A stretch of DNA of 55,190 nucleotides, filler included, from a bacterium (lineage in GTDB: Bacteria; UBA9089; CG2-30-40-21; SBAY01), in assembly GCA_040757115.1 (NCBI GenBank). It is 3 parts of 3 records of this genome, joined end to end, with 100 filler letters (N's around TTAATTAATTAA, not from the genome) between each part and the next. Parts side by side here need not be neighbours in the genome. Positions count along the whole stretch, not along the records: positions 18,479 to 36,803 come from JBFLYA010000067.1; 2 more parts are not named here. One strand, 5' to 3'. The translations under genes and the position numbers were made by a program. The notes beneath the pieces were generated by a model. That model was not told the DNA's origin. It saw only the letters and a program-made list of their open reading frames with translations, and searched no databases. Below are positions 28,318-36,903 of this stretch, piece by piece (the stretch's first letter is position 1; every line of letters starts with the position of its first letter).

Positions 28318-28698
28318 TCAATCTTTAGGTTTGACGAAGAGCTTTTTAAGGTCAATATCTCTTATCTTTTTAACCTTCTGCGCTACCCTTCCTGAAACAA
28401 TTTTCCCTTCAAGGAAGACCTCTCCTTTATCATTTGTAACTATTATACTTCTTCCCTCAATCTGGTTCTGATAAGGTTCGCTAACCTCCACAGTAATGAG
28501 TCCGTTTTCTGGCTCATCGATATTCTCTCTGAGTGCCAATCTATATTTCTTTCCTTCTGTATAAATGCTCATCATTCCCTGGAACTCTGTCGATGCCATT
28601 TTGGGCAAGGCTATGTCCCAGACTATAGCCTCTCTTTCTTGTTGCTTCCATTGTCCCCATAAAGTTAAAGCTTCATTTAAGGTTACCTCTCTTTTCAT
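28318..28698 (-). CDS. Hypothetical protein, candidate anti-sigma / protease substrate
   Basis: SD GGAGGTGG; lies between sigma and Lon-like genes; short helical N-terminus, LPKMAST linker, beta-rich C-terminus. Confidence 0.65.
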   Translation of the reverse strand: MKREVTLNEALTLWGQWKQQEREAIVWDIALPKMASTEFQGMMSIYTEGKKYRLALRENIDEPENGLITVEVSEPYQNQIEGRSIIVTNDKGEVFLEGKIVSGRVAQKVKKIRDIDLKKLFVKPKD

Positions 28699-28745
28699 TT
28701 TACCACCTCCGTTGGATAATTAGATAATATGTTCGGAACACGAAT

Positions 28746-29465
28746 CTAAAGGACATCTATCATTGACCACCCTTTCTTCTCCATACACTTCTTCAATATC
28801 TGCTTAGCTTTTTTTTCTTTCCTCTGAGTAGTAGGTATAGACATACCTAATGTTTCAGCTACCTCTTTTAGTGTTTTCCCTTCTACATATCTTTGTTCGA
28901 TTATTTTCTTCTCTATTAAAGGGAGTTGTTCAATACATGAATTTAAAGCTCTGACAATTTCTTTCTCTTCTAATTTCTGACCAGGGCGTTTATTTCCAGT
29001 AGGGATTATATCTGAAATCTCAACCTCCTCTCCGTTCTTTGTAAAAATGGGAGTATCAAGTGATATGAAGACCAAATGCCAGGATTCTATTTCCTTTACT
29101 TCTTTTTCAGAAATACATAGTTTTTCAGCCATCTCTTTTCTAGTCGGCTCCCTACCAAGTGCTTGAGCAAACTCTTCCTTTATTCGTTTATATTCACTCA
29201 GTTTTTTTCTCTTTTCTGGAGGAAGATAATCCGACTTTCTCAAAAAATCTCTGATAGCTCCGTTAACACGATAGAAAGCATAGGTAGTAAATTTAGCACC
29301 TTTTTCAGGATTAAATGCCCTCGCTGCTTCTACCAAACCTAAGAGGGCTTCCTGAATAAGGTCATCTCTCTCCACTTTTACTCCACAGTTAACTAATTTT
29401 GGATATACCGCATTAACTTTGGAGATTGCCCAGTGATAGTACTTTTCTATTTTTATCTCTTCCAT
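28746..29465 (-). CDS. RNA polymerase sigma factor, FliA/WhiG (sigma28-like) family
   Basis: DDLIQEALLGLVEAARAFNPEKGAKFTTYAFYRVNGAIRDFLRK; LGREPT; region 4 KTLKEVAETLGMS. Confidence 0.9.
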   Translation of the reverse strand: MEEIKIEKYYHWAISKVNAVYPKLVNCGVKVERDDLIQEALLGLVEAARAFNPEKGAKFTTYAFYRVNGAIRDFLRKSDYLPPEKRKKLSEYKRIKEEFAQALGREPTRKEMAEKLCISEKEVKEIESWHLVFISLDTPIFTKNGEEVEISDIIPTGNKRPGQKLEEKEIVRALNSCIEQLPLIEKKIIEQRYVEGKTLKEVAETLGMSIPTTQRKEKKAKQILKKCMEKKGWSMIDVL

Positions 29466-29472
29466 AATTTTA

Positions 29473-29501
29473 TTATCGTTTAGATTTTAATTTTTTCTCA
29501 C
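29473..29501 (-). promoter_or_regulatory. Putative autoregulatory promoter of the sigma gene (copy 1)
   Basis: GTGAGAAAAAAT-N11-CGATAA ending 7 nt before the ATG; no SD visible. Confidence 0.65.
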
Positions 29502-29520
29502 ACAAAATCTGCTCTTAATC

Positions 29521-29549
29521 ATTATACTAAAAAATCTCATTCTTGGCAA
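29521..29549 (-). promoter_or_regulatory. sigma70-like promoter for the sigma operon
   Basis: TTGCCA-N17-TATAAT. Confidence 0.65.
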
Positions 29550-29566
29550 CATTAAAGTTTGTTTTT

Positions 29567-29703
29567 CAGAAATTCTCGGTGAAAAATTAGATAGAGACTC
29601 ATTATTCTTTATTTTCCTCTCAAAATATTTACGAAAAATATTTTTCTCTATCTCTCCTCAACATAGGTGAATTCAGTCTCTAAAAATTCACCGAGAATTG
29701 CTG
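29567..29703 (-). mobile_element. 137-bp MITE, second copy, no TSD
   Basis: Reverse complement of 8458-8594 with a few substitutions. Confidence 0.9.
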
Positions 29704-29720
29704 CATAAAAGGAAAAAAAC

Positions 29721-29749
29721 TTGACCAGCCATCTAAATTATGCTATAAT
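29721..29749 (+). promoter_or_regulatory. sigma70-like promoter of asmA operon
   Basis: TTGACC-N17-TATAAT with TG extension. Confidence 0.65.
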
Positions 29750-29824
29750 ACTTATCGCAATTATTAAATTACATTAACTCACTTCCAAAAATTCTAAAGT
29801 GGTTGTTAATGATAACAAGAGGTT

Positions 29825-31891
29825 ATGAAAAAGAAATCGTTAATCTTTATCAGTATATTTATTCTAATTTTAGTTCTTGGGGCTATTATCCTTCCGTTTA
29901 TTACTATTTCCTCACCTCAACTAACCAAATTTATTTCAAACCAGTTAGAGAAAAATTTAGCACGAAAGGTCGAAATAGGCAGATTGAAAATTGGTATTTT
30001 GACCGGCATTGAATTACACGATGTAGTTGTCTTTAACAAATCAGGATTTAAGAGTAAAGCGTTGATAGAAAACAAGAGACTTATTTTGAAATATAGGTTT
30101 TTCCCTTTGCTAAAAAGACAATTAATAGTTACTAATCTTTTATTTATTGAACCAACGATTTTTATCGAGCGAAATAAATCTAATAGATGGAATTTTACAG
30201 ATTTGTTGAAAAAGAATACTTATAAAAGAGAGAAAGAAGCGGGTAACTTTTCTTTTCAAATAGATAAGATAAGGGTAAAAAAAGGAAGCATATATTTTTT
30301 AGATGAGGGAATTTCACCAAAATTGAAAACATCTATTGAAAAGATTGATATTCAAATAGATGGATTAAATAAAAGAGACGGGATAATTGGATTTAGAGTA
30401 AGAGCCGGGGAAATTGGTGGGAGGAGAATTAATCTTAAACTCGGAGGCGGGGTTGAGGTTGACCTGGATTCAGGAGTAATAGAAATAGTTACAGCGACAT
30501 TTACATTAGCCGATTTAAAAGCCGAACTCGAAGGAGGACTAAAAGATGAATTAATCAACATAACCCTGAAAACTAATGAGTTCTCTATAGCTAATATAAT
30601 TAGATTAATTCCATTTCCTGACATTGAAAAACTAAAACTCGCTGGTAAAAGTAAAATAAATGTATCTTTAAATAGCAGGCTAAATGAAAATTTACAGGTT
30701 TTAGGTCGGGTGATATTAAAAAATGGTAAAGTAGAATATGAGGGGGTAAGGAACGGTATTAAAGATATTAACTTAGACCTGCAATTTACTGAAGACGATA
30801 TGAACTTACTATCCCTGACCGGCCAATTCGGTGAGTCTAATTTTAATATGCAGGGAGAACTCCAAAATTTCAAAAATCCTAAGATAAATTTTATGGTTCG
30901 CTCACAACAACTTATTTTAGATGAAATAATAGAGGGTTATGGTGAATTTATTGAAGCATTCCCAAATCTGAAATTTGACCAACAATATAAATTAGATGTG
31001 AAAGGGGAAATTAATGTAGATGAATGGTCTTTTAAGAAAATTATAGGTAAGGAATTTTATACTGATTTTAAATGGGTTAGGAATATCCTGATGATTAAGG
31101 CATTAAAAAGTAAGGTTTCTGATGGAGTGGTAGAGGCTTCTGGAACGATAGATTTAGGTAGTAAATTGCCAGGATATTCTGTCTTTGCTAATGCAAAACA
31201 AATCGAAATTGCCAACATCATATCAAGTTTTTCTGAGACAAATAACAGGTTTGTTTGTGGTAAGTTGAGTTCAGAGATAAATATTAAAGGAGCGGGATTT
31301 AAACTAAATGAATTAAAAGAAAATTTAGAAGGTTCTGGAAGTGTAGAATTAAAAGATGCAAAGATAAAAGGATTAAAGATATTAGATAGATTAGCGGCTT
31401 TCCTTACTTTAGGCGTGATTCGTAACCTGACTCAATGTCATATATTAACGACATTTAAGATAGAAGATGGAATAATATCAAGTGATGACTTTGAATTGAG
31501 AAGTCATTTAATTAAACTGTTAGGCAGTGGTAAAATATCCCTTGACTTAGATATGGACTTTAATATGACCGCGACATTCCCCGGACGATTAGGAAAACAA
31601 ATCTCTAAATTAGGAAAAATAATTCCATTCCTGGGTGATAAAAAAGACAGGATGGGTGTTCGGTTTAGAATTAAAGGTAATTTTAAAGAGCCTGAATTTG
31701 CCAGGACAGAAGAAATAAAACAAAAGATTGAATTAGAAACTAAAGAAGAAAAGGAAAAAATTAAGGAAAAAATACAGCAACAGGTTGAAAAAGAAAAGGA
31801 AGAGATTAAAGAAATAATAGAAGAAAAACAGGAAAAGATTAAAGAAAAAGCAAAGGAAGAGGTTAACAAATTGTTCAAAAAATTATTTTAG
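29825..31891 (+). CDS. AsmA-family protein
   Basis: N-terminal TM, LARKVEIGRL, IERNKSNRWNFTDL, repeated beta-groove pattern, AsmA-like C-terminus. Confidence 0.8.
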   Translation: MKKKSLIFISIFILILVLGAIILPFITISSPQLTKFISNQLEKNLARKVEIGRLKIGILTGIELHDVVVFNKSGFKSKALIENKRLILKYRFFPLLKRQLIVTNLLFIEPTIFIERNKSNRWNFTDLLKKNTYKREKEAGNFSFQIDKIRVKKGSIYFLDEGISPKLKTSIEKIDIQIDGLNKRDGIIGFRVRAGEIGGRRINLKLGGGVEVDLDSGVIEIVTATFTLADLKAELEGGLKDELINITLKTNEFSIANIIRLIPFPDIEKLKLAGKSKINVSLNSRLNENLQVLGRVILKNGKVEYEGVRNGIKDINLDLQFTEDDMNLLSLTGQFGESNFNMQGELQNFKNPKINFMVRSQQLILDEIIEGYGEFIEAFPNLKFDQQYKLDVKGEINVDEWSFKKIIGKEFYTDFKWVRNILMIKALKSKVSDGVVEASGTIDLGSKLPGYSVFANAKQIEIANIISSFSETNNRFVCGKLSSEINIKGAGFKLNELKENLEGSGSVELKDAKIKGLKILDRLAAFLTLGVIRNLTQCHILTTFKIEDGIISSDDFELRSHLIKLLGSGKISLDLDMDFNMTATFPGRLGKQISKLGKIIPFLGDKKDRMGVRFRIKGNFKEPEFARTEEIKQKIELETKEEKEKIKEKIQQQVEKEKEEIKEIIEEKQEKIKEKAKEEVNKLFKKLF

Positions 31892-31899
31892 AGGTAAAA

Positions 31900-33045
31900 A
31901 TGATGAAGATTGCTTTAGATGCAACCTATGCCGGACAATCATCTTCACAAAAAGGTGGGATTTATCAATATATCTTTCATCTTGTTCAAGCATTGAGTGA
32001 AGTGGATAAAGAAAATAAGTATTTATTGTTTTTTAGCTTTTTTAGAAATAAGCATCGTCAGACAACTGATGAATTCTACTCTTTGTTTAAAAAAGCAGGT
32101 TACGGCAGGAAAGATTGTCGGATTCCTTCTCTTATCTGGAAAAGACTCCAATTCCCAATCGAACTATTTACAGGCAAAATTGACCTTTTCCATGGGCTTT
32201 TTGATTATGTTCCGAGAATGCTTTCTGGAAAGTCTATTGTCACTATTCATGACTTAGCCTATTTACGCAGACCTGAGTTTTTAGGAAGTAAAAGGGTGAA
32301 GTGGAAATATAAAGAAACACCTTTAGCCGTCAGGCGAGCAGATGCTATCATTACTGTTTCTAATTTTAGTAAAAATGACCTTATTAAATTACTTGGTATT
32401 CCTGAAGAGAAAATTTGGGTAACACCACATGGCGTCTCCCCTGATTTTACTCCGATACAAGACAAAGAAATATTAGAGAGAATTAAAATAAAATATAGAA
32501 TTAAGGAAAATTATATTTTGTTTGTCGGGGTACTTCAGCCAAATAAAAATATTGTTAAGTTATTAGAAGCATTTTCCTTATTAAAAAATTCTTGCAAATT
32601 AGAACATCAATTGGTTATTGCCGGTGAAAAAGGATGGCTTTATGAGGATATTTTTAAGAAATACAATGAATTAAAGTTAGGAGATACGGTTATTTTTACA
32701 GGATATGTTCCTGATGGTGACCTTCCTGCGTTATATAGTGGCGCAGACCTTTTTATTCTGCCATCCCAATTAGAAGGTTTTGGCATACCTGTTTTAGAGG
32801 CAATGGCTTGTGGGACACCAGTAGTTACCTCCAATACTTGTGCTTTGCCTGAAACAGCCGGGGATGCGGCTATTTTAGTTAAACCCGATTCTGTCCATGA
32901 AATTGCCGGGGGAATATATCAGGTGCTGTCTGATAATAATTTACAAGCAAGTTTGCGACAAAAAGGATTTGCTCACGCTAAGAAATTTACCTGGGAAAAT
33001 ACGGCAAAAATGACGCTGGAGGTTTATAGAAAGGGGATTCTATGA
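31900..33045 (+). CDS. Glycosyltransferase family 4
   Basis: VTIHDL, EGFGIPVLEAMACGTPVV. Confidence 0.9.
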   Translation: MMKIALDATYAGQSSSQKGGIYQYIFHLVQALSEVDKENKYLLFFSFFRNKHRQTTDEFYSLFKKAGYGRKDCRIPSLIWKRLQFPIELFTGKIDLFHGLFDYVPRMLSGKSIVTIHDLAYLRRPEFLGSKRVKWKYKETPLAVRRADAIITVSNFSKNDLIKLLGIPEEKIWVTPHGVSPDFTPIQDKEILERIKIKYRIKENYILFVGVLQPNKNIVKLLEAFSLLKNSCKLEHQLVIAGEKGWLYEDIFKKYNELKLGDTVIFTGYVPDGDLPALYSGADLFILPSQLEGFGIPVLEAMACGTPVVTSNTCALPETAGDAAILVKPDSVHEIAGGIYQVLSDNNLQASLRQKGFAHAKKFTWENTAKMTLEVYRKGIL

Positions 33046-34142
33046 AAATAGCTATTATTGGCACAAGAGGAATACCTGCTCGCTATGGTGGGTTCGAAAC
33101 CTGCGTTCAGGAATTGAGTATGCGATTGGTGGAGAAAGGACACGAGGTAATAGTCTATTGTCGAAATAGCAACTCACCAGACCGACCTAAAGAATTTAAA
33201 GGGGTAAAACTCATTCACCTCCCTTCGGTTAGAACCAAAATAGCCGATACCTTTTCACATACCTTTTTTTCTATGATTCATGTTTTGTTTGGGCGGATTG
33301 ATGTTATCCTTGTTTTTAATGCGGCTAATAGCCCGTTATGCCTCATTCCAAAGTTATTTGGAAAGAAGATAGCCATCAATGTTGATGGACTTGAATGGAA
33401 AAGAAGGAAATGGGGCAAGACAGCTCAAACCTATTATCAATTTGCCGAATATCTGGCGACAAAGATATGTCACCAGATTATAGCAGATTCAAAGGCTATC
33501 CAGCAATATTACCTGAAACGGTATAACACAACCTCTACCTTCATTCCCTATGGGGCGGACATTGAAACTTCTTCAAATCCCAACATTCTTAAGGAGTATA
33601 ATTTAGACAGGGATAATTACTTTTTTGTGGTCACCCGATTGGAGCCAGAAAATAACCCGGATTTAACCATTCAAGCCTTTGAGCAGGTAAAAACAGATAA
33701 AAAACTGGTTATAGTTGGTGGGACAGGTTATAAAAGTCGGTTTGTTCAAGAACTAAGAAAGACAAAAGACAAAAGAATAATCTTTATGCCGCCTGTGTAT
33801 GAAAAAGACCACATCAAAGAATTATTCTGTAATTGCTATGCCTATGTTCATGGGAATGAAGTTGGTGGGACAAACCCTGCTTTATTAAGTGCTTTAGGTT
33901 ATGGGAATTGTGTTTTGGCTTTAAATGTGCCCTTTAATGAAGAGGTAGTGGGTGAAGCCGCTATTTTATATGATAGGTCAACCGAGGATTTAAGCCCAAA
34001 AATGCAATATCTTGTCGATAACCCTGATGTCGTCGCCGACTATAGAAAGAGAGCAGTAAATAGAATAAAGAAGGCAGAATATACCTGGGAGAGAGTAACT
34101 GATGGTTATGAAGAACTTCTCGTAAGCCTTACAGAGTCTTAG
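33042..34142 (+). CDS. Glycosyltransferase family 4 (DUF1972-type)
   Basis: GTRGIPARYGGFET, NVDGLEWKR, RLEPENN, GNEVGGTNPALL. Confidence 0.9.
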   Translation: MKIAIIGTRGIPARYGGFETCVQELSMRLVEKGHEVIVYCRNSNSPDRPKEFKGVKLIHLPSVRTKIADTFSHTFFSMIHVLFGRIDVILVFNAANSPLCLIPKLFGKKIAINVDGLEWKRRKWGKTAQTYYQFAEYLATKICHQIIADSKAIQQYYLKRYNTTSTFIPYGADIETSSNPNILKEYNLDRDNYFFVVTRLEPENNPDLTIQAFEQVKTDKKLVIVGGTGYKSRFVQELRKTKDKRIIFMPPVYEKDHIKELFCNCYAYVHGNEVGGTNPALLSALGYGNCVLALNVPFNEEVVGEAAILYDRSTEDLSPKMQYLVDNPDVVADYRKRAVNRIKKAEYTWERVTDGYEELLVSLTES

Positions 34143-34216
34143 GTTTCACGCAAAGGACGCAAATGTAATTTTTTCCCTTATTTCCCTTTGCGTTCTTTGC
34201 GTGCTTTGCGTGAAAC
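34143..34216. terminator. CGCAAAG nonamer hairpin between convergent genes
   Basis: GTTTCACGCAAAG ... CTTTGCGTGAAAC. Confidence 0.55.
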
Positions 34217-34244
34217 TTCCTTTCTCCCTGTGAGGTTGAAAATT

Positions 34245-35225
34245 TTACTTTGTCATCTTCACCAGGTCATTCCGTTTAAATCCAGTGCCAGTGGTAATTA
34301 TTGCTACAGAATATTTTTCCTTTACTTCTATGACTTCAATCGTCCCCATTTTTTGTCCTTCTTCTCTACCAAGAGATAAACCGGTAACCGGGTCAATTAA
34401 TTCTTCTCCTATGGTCCAAACCTCCATTTTATCTCCAGTTTTAATCCCAACATCTATTCCACCATTGATAATGAGCCTTTCATCTTTTACCGTAACAATT
34501 CTTCCTTCCCATGGTTTAGCCTTTAATTGTCCCTCAATAAAACCTACCATATCTTCAATTGCTTGACGGGTAGCTTTACCTAAGGGGGTTTTATGAAAAT
34601 CAACTCCACCAATGGTTACATCACCTACCTTTACTCCACCGGCAACTATAACCGTATTTGCCTTTTGTTCAGTTCGATGTGATTCAATAATTTCACCCGT
34701 CGAGGCATCAAACATCCTGATATCAACGGCTACCTGGGCGGTGATTACGCCACCGCCACCAAGTGTAATACCCTTAACAAAGACTCCAACGCCTTTGATT
34801 GATTCAAACTGTGTAAATTCTGTAACTGCACCCTTAATTAAAATTTGAGCTCCAAGTATTTCACCAAATTTAGCCGCAGTTTCTGGTTTGATTCTATCCG
34901 CTTTTCCTAAATCCTGTTCTTTTAGCATATCTTGAAATGCCTTATTGTCCCGTTCCAGGACAATAGATTTACCCGTGTTATGGAGTGCGGTAATGAGCAT
35001 CTCTGACATCCCACTTCCAATTTTGGCTTCTACTCCAGGTGCTTTAACCTCAAAATCAAGCACCGCAACTCGTTTCTTCGGACCAAAATAAGATGTTGTT
35101 GAAGTCTCCTCATTACCTTTGGAACTCTTTTCCTTCTTTGCTCCTTCTATCATTTTAAAAGAGAGGATGATACTCAAGGAAACCATCACTCCAACATTAG
35201 CCCATTTTAAAAAAATTTTATTCAT
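34245..35225 (-). CDS. CsgG/HfaB-family protein with FlgT-like C-terminal domain
   Basis: KKRVAVLDF, GMSEMLITAL, VLER, KGAVTEF, VDIRMFDASTGEI. Confidence 0.82.
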   Translation of the reverse strand: MNKIFLKWANVGVMVSLSIILSFKMIEGAKKEKSSKGNEETSTTSYFGPKKRVAVLDFEVKAPGVEAKIGSGMSEMLITALHNTGKSIVLERDNKAFQDMLKEQDLGKADRIKPETAAKFGEILGAQILIKGAVTEFTQFESIKGVGVFVKGITLGGGGVITAQVAVDIRMFDASTGEIIESHRTEQKANTVIVAGGVKVGDVTIGGVDFHKTPLGKATRQAIEDMVGFIEGQLKAKPWEGRIVTVKDERLIINGGIDVGIKTGDKMEVWTIGEELIDPVTGLSLGREEGQKMGTIEVIEVKEKYSVAIITTGTGFKRNDLVKMTK

Positions 35226-35242
35226 CGTAATTTTTCCTCCTG

Positions 35243-36100
35243 TTACTGAATTATTTGTGTTCCAATTCCCTCATCTGTAAATAATTCTAAAAGAATCGAA
35301 TGAGGGATTCGACCATCAATTATGTGTGCTTTATCAACCTTTTTTGAAGTGATTGTCTTTTTACAGGCATTAATCTTCGGGAGCATTCCTTCAGCAATAC
35401 ACCCATCCTTTATCAATCCCTCAATTTCTTCCAGTTTTAAAGTTGAGATAAGGGAACTGGCATCTTTTATATCCTTAAAAATACCTTTGATATCCGTCAG
35501 GATAATTAATTTTTGAGCAGATAAGGTAATAGCTATTTCTGCGGCGGCTATATCAGCATTGATATTATATCGTTTTCCATCTTTTCCTATGCCAATAGGA
35601 GCAATAACCGGTATAAATCCATTTTCATCAAGGGTTTGGATTATTTTTGAGTTAATATTAGTTACCTGTCCAGTTAAACTTCCATTTGTCGTTTGCATTG
35701 CCTCAATCAAATCGCCATCCACACCAGTCAATCCAATTGCTGGAGAGCCATGATGATTAATCAAGGAGACAATTTCTGCATTTATTCGTCCACCTAAAAC
35801 CATCTCAACAATTTCCATTGTCTCTGAATCAGTATGTCGAAGTCCGTTGATAAATTCTATTTTCTTACCCATTTTTTTCATCACCTGGTCTATTTGTGGA
35901 CCTCCGCCATGGACAATAACTGGTTTAATACCAATATATCTTAATAAAACTATATCCTGGGCAAAACTATGTTTTAATTTTTCATCAACCATAGATTTTC
36001 CCCCATATTTGATGACGATTATCTTCCCAGAAAATGCCTTGATGTAAGGTAATGCTTCGACTAAAACATTAGCCCGAGTAATTAATGAATTCATTTTCAA
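35243..36100 (-). CDS. argB: Acetylglutamate kinase
   Basis: EALPYI, IKYGG, VHGGGPQI, YNINAD, GMLPK, LELFTDEGIGT. Confidence 0.96.
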   Translation of the reverse strand: MKMNSLITRANVLVEALPYIKAFSGKIIVIKYGGKSMVDEKLKHSFAQDIVLLRYIGIKPVIVHGGGPQIDQVMKKMGKKIEFINGLRHTDSETMEIVEMVLGGRINAEIVSLINHHGSPAIGLTGVDGDLIEAMQTTNGSLTGQVTNINSKIIQTLDENGFIPVIAPIGIGKDGKRYNINADIAAAEIAITLSAQKLIILTDIKGIFKDIKDASSLISTLKLEEIEGLIKDGCIAEGMLPKINACKKTITSKKVDKAHIIDGRIPHSILLELFTDEGIGTQIIQ

Positions 36101-36160
36101 TCTCCTCTCACTATTTTATGTTACACTATTTAGTCTCGAAAGTCAACTGAAATTTTTCGA

Positions 36161-36451
36161 CCTGTGAAATAGGTTTTAAAGGAAAATGGAAAAACCTCCG
36201 ATAATATATATATCCAGTAAAAACAAAGACTGGCTATGTAAAAAAGAGGGGGTTAGGTAAAATGAGAAACAAAATGAAGATTTTGGTATCGATCGAGGAT
36301 GAATTTGGCAATGAAGAGATACAGCCTGTAACAATTGAGGCAGATGTACCTGATTACAAGGAATTTGAGAATTTCAGGCAAGGCTTTGATGTGTATGAAA
36401 GAGCAGTTTTGAGAGCTCAAAAAGAAGCTACAGAAGAGGCTACAGAGAGAT
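36161..36451 (+). mobile_element. Left end and first ORF codons of the same ISKra4/ISLre2-like IS, interrupted at 36452
   Basis: Terminus identical to 7179-7192; ORF from 36262 with FRQGFDVYERAVL. Confidence 0.65.
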
Positions 36452-36803
36452 GTGTGCTTTGAAGTATGGGATACCCGAGTGGTTGGGAAAACCACCTATG
36501 CAAGCCTAATCCTTGTATAGAAGTTTGTAATTATGTAGATAAAGGAACAATCTGTATCTACAGAAAGATAGGGTATCATCGTGAGGTGATATGATGGAGT
36601 GACGAATTACAAATGACCTACTGGGGTGTATGACTATGGCGTATTAACTCGTGCCAACTGCCCTTTCTCAGCGAAACACTGGCAATGTCCTTGTCGGAGA
36701 TGAATAAATAGGTTAGGTTAAAGCATCTCTGGGTAATGCGTTTGAACATACATCACGGAAGGAAAATGGGTAATCCATATGACCAAAGGAGGACTCACAT
36801 CTT
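36452..36803 (+). ncRNA. Probable group II intron 5' part (domain I), cut by gap
   Basis: Starts GTGTG where the IS ORF loses coherence; higher GC with GAAA/GTGA/GTAA-loop hairpins; ATCTCT at 36725-30 complements the exon end AGAGAT. Confidence 0.5.
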
Positions 36804-36903
36804 NNNNNNNNNNNNNNNNNNNNNNNNNNNNNNNNNNNNNNNNNNNNTTAATTAATTAANNNNNNNNNNNNNNNNNNNNNNNNNNNNNNNNNNNNNNNNN
36901 NNN
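36804..36903. other. Assembly gap with all-frame stop linker
   Basis: 44 N + TTAATTAATTAA + 44 N. Confidence 0.97.

Noticed and set aside
28746-29465. Calling the sigma the flagellar fliA
   Set aside because: No flagellar genes or flgM nearby; accessory context; only the family is supported
30352-30873. Antisense shadow ORFs (also 44430-45023, 25883-26224, 51849-52235 and similar)
   Set aside because: Fully overlap well-supported genes on the opposite strand
7178-36174. Shared ACCTGTGAAATAGGT as att sites of a 29-kb island
   Set aside because: Better explained as right and left TIRs of two oppositely oriented copies of one IS; a contig linker lies between them
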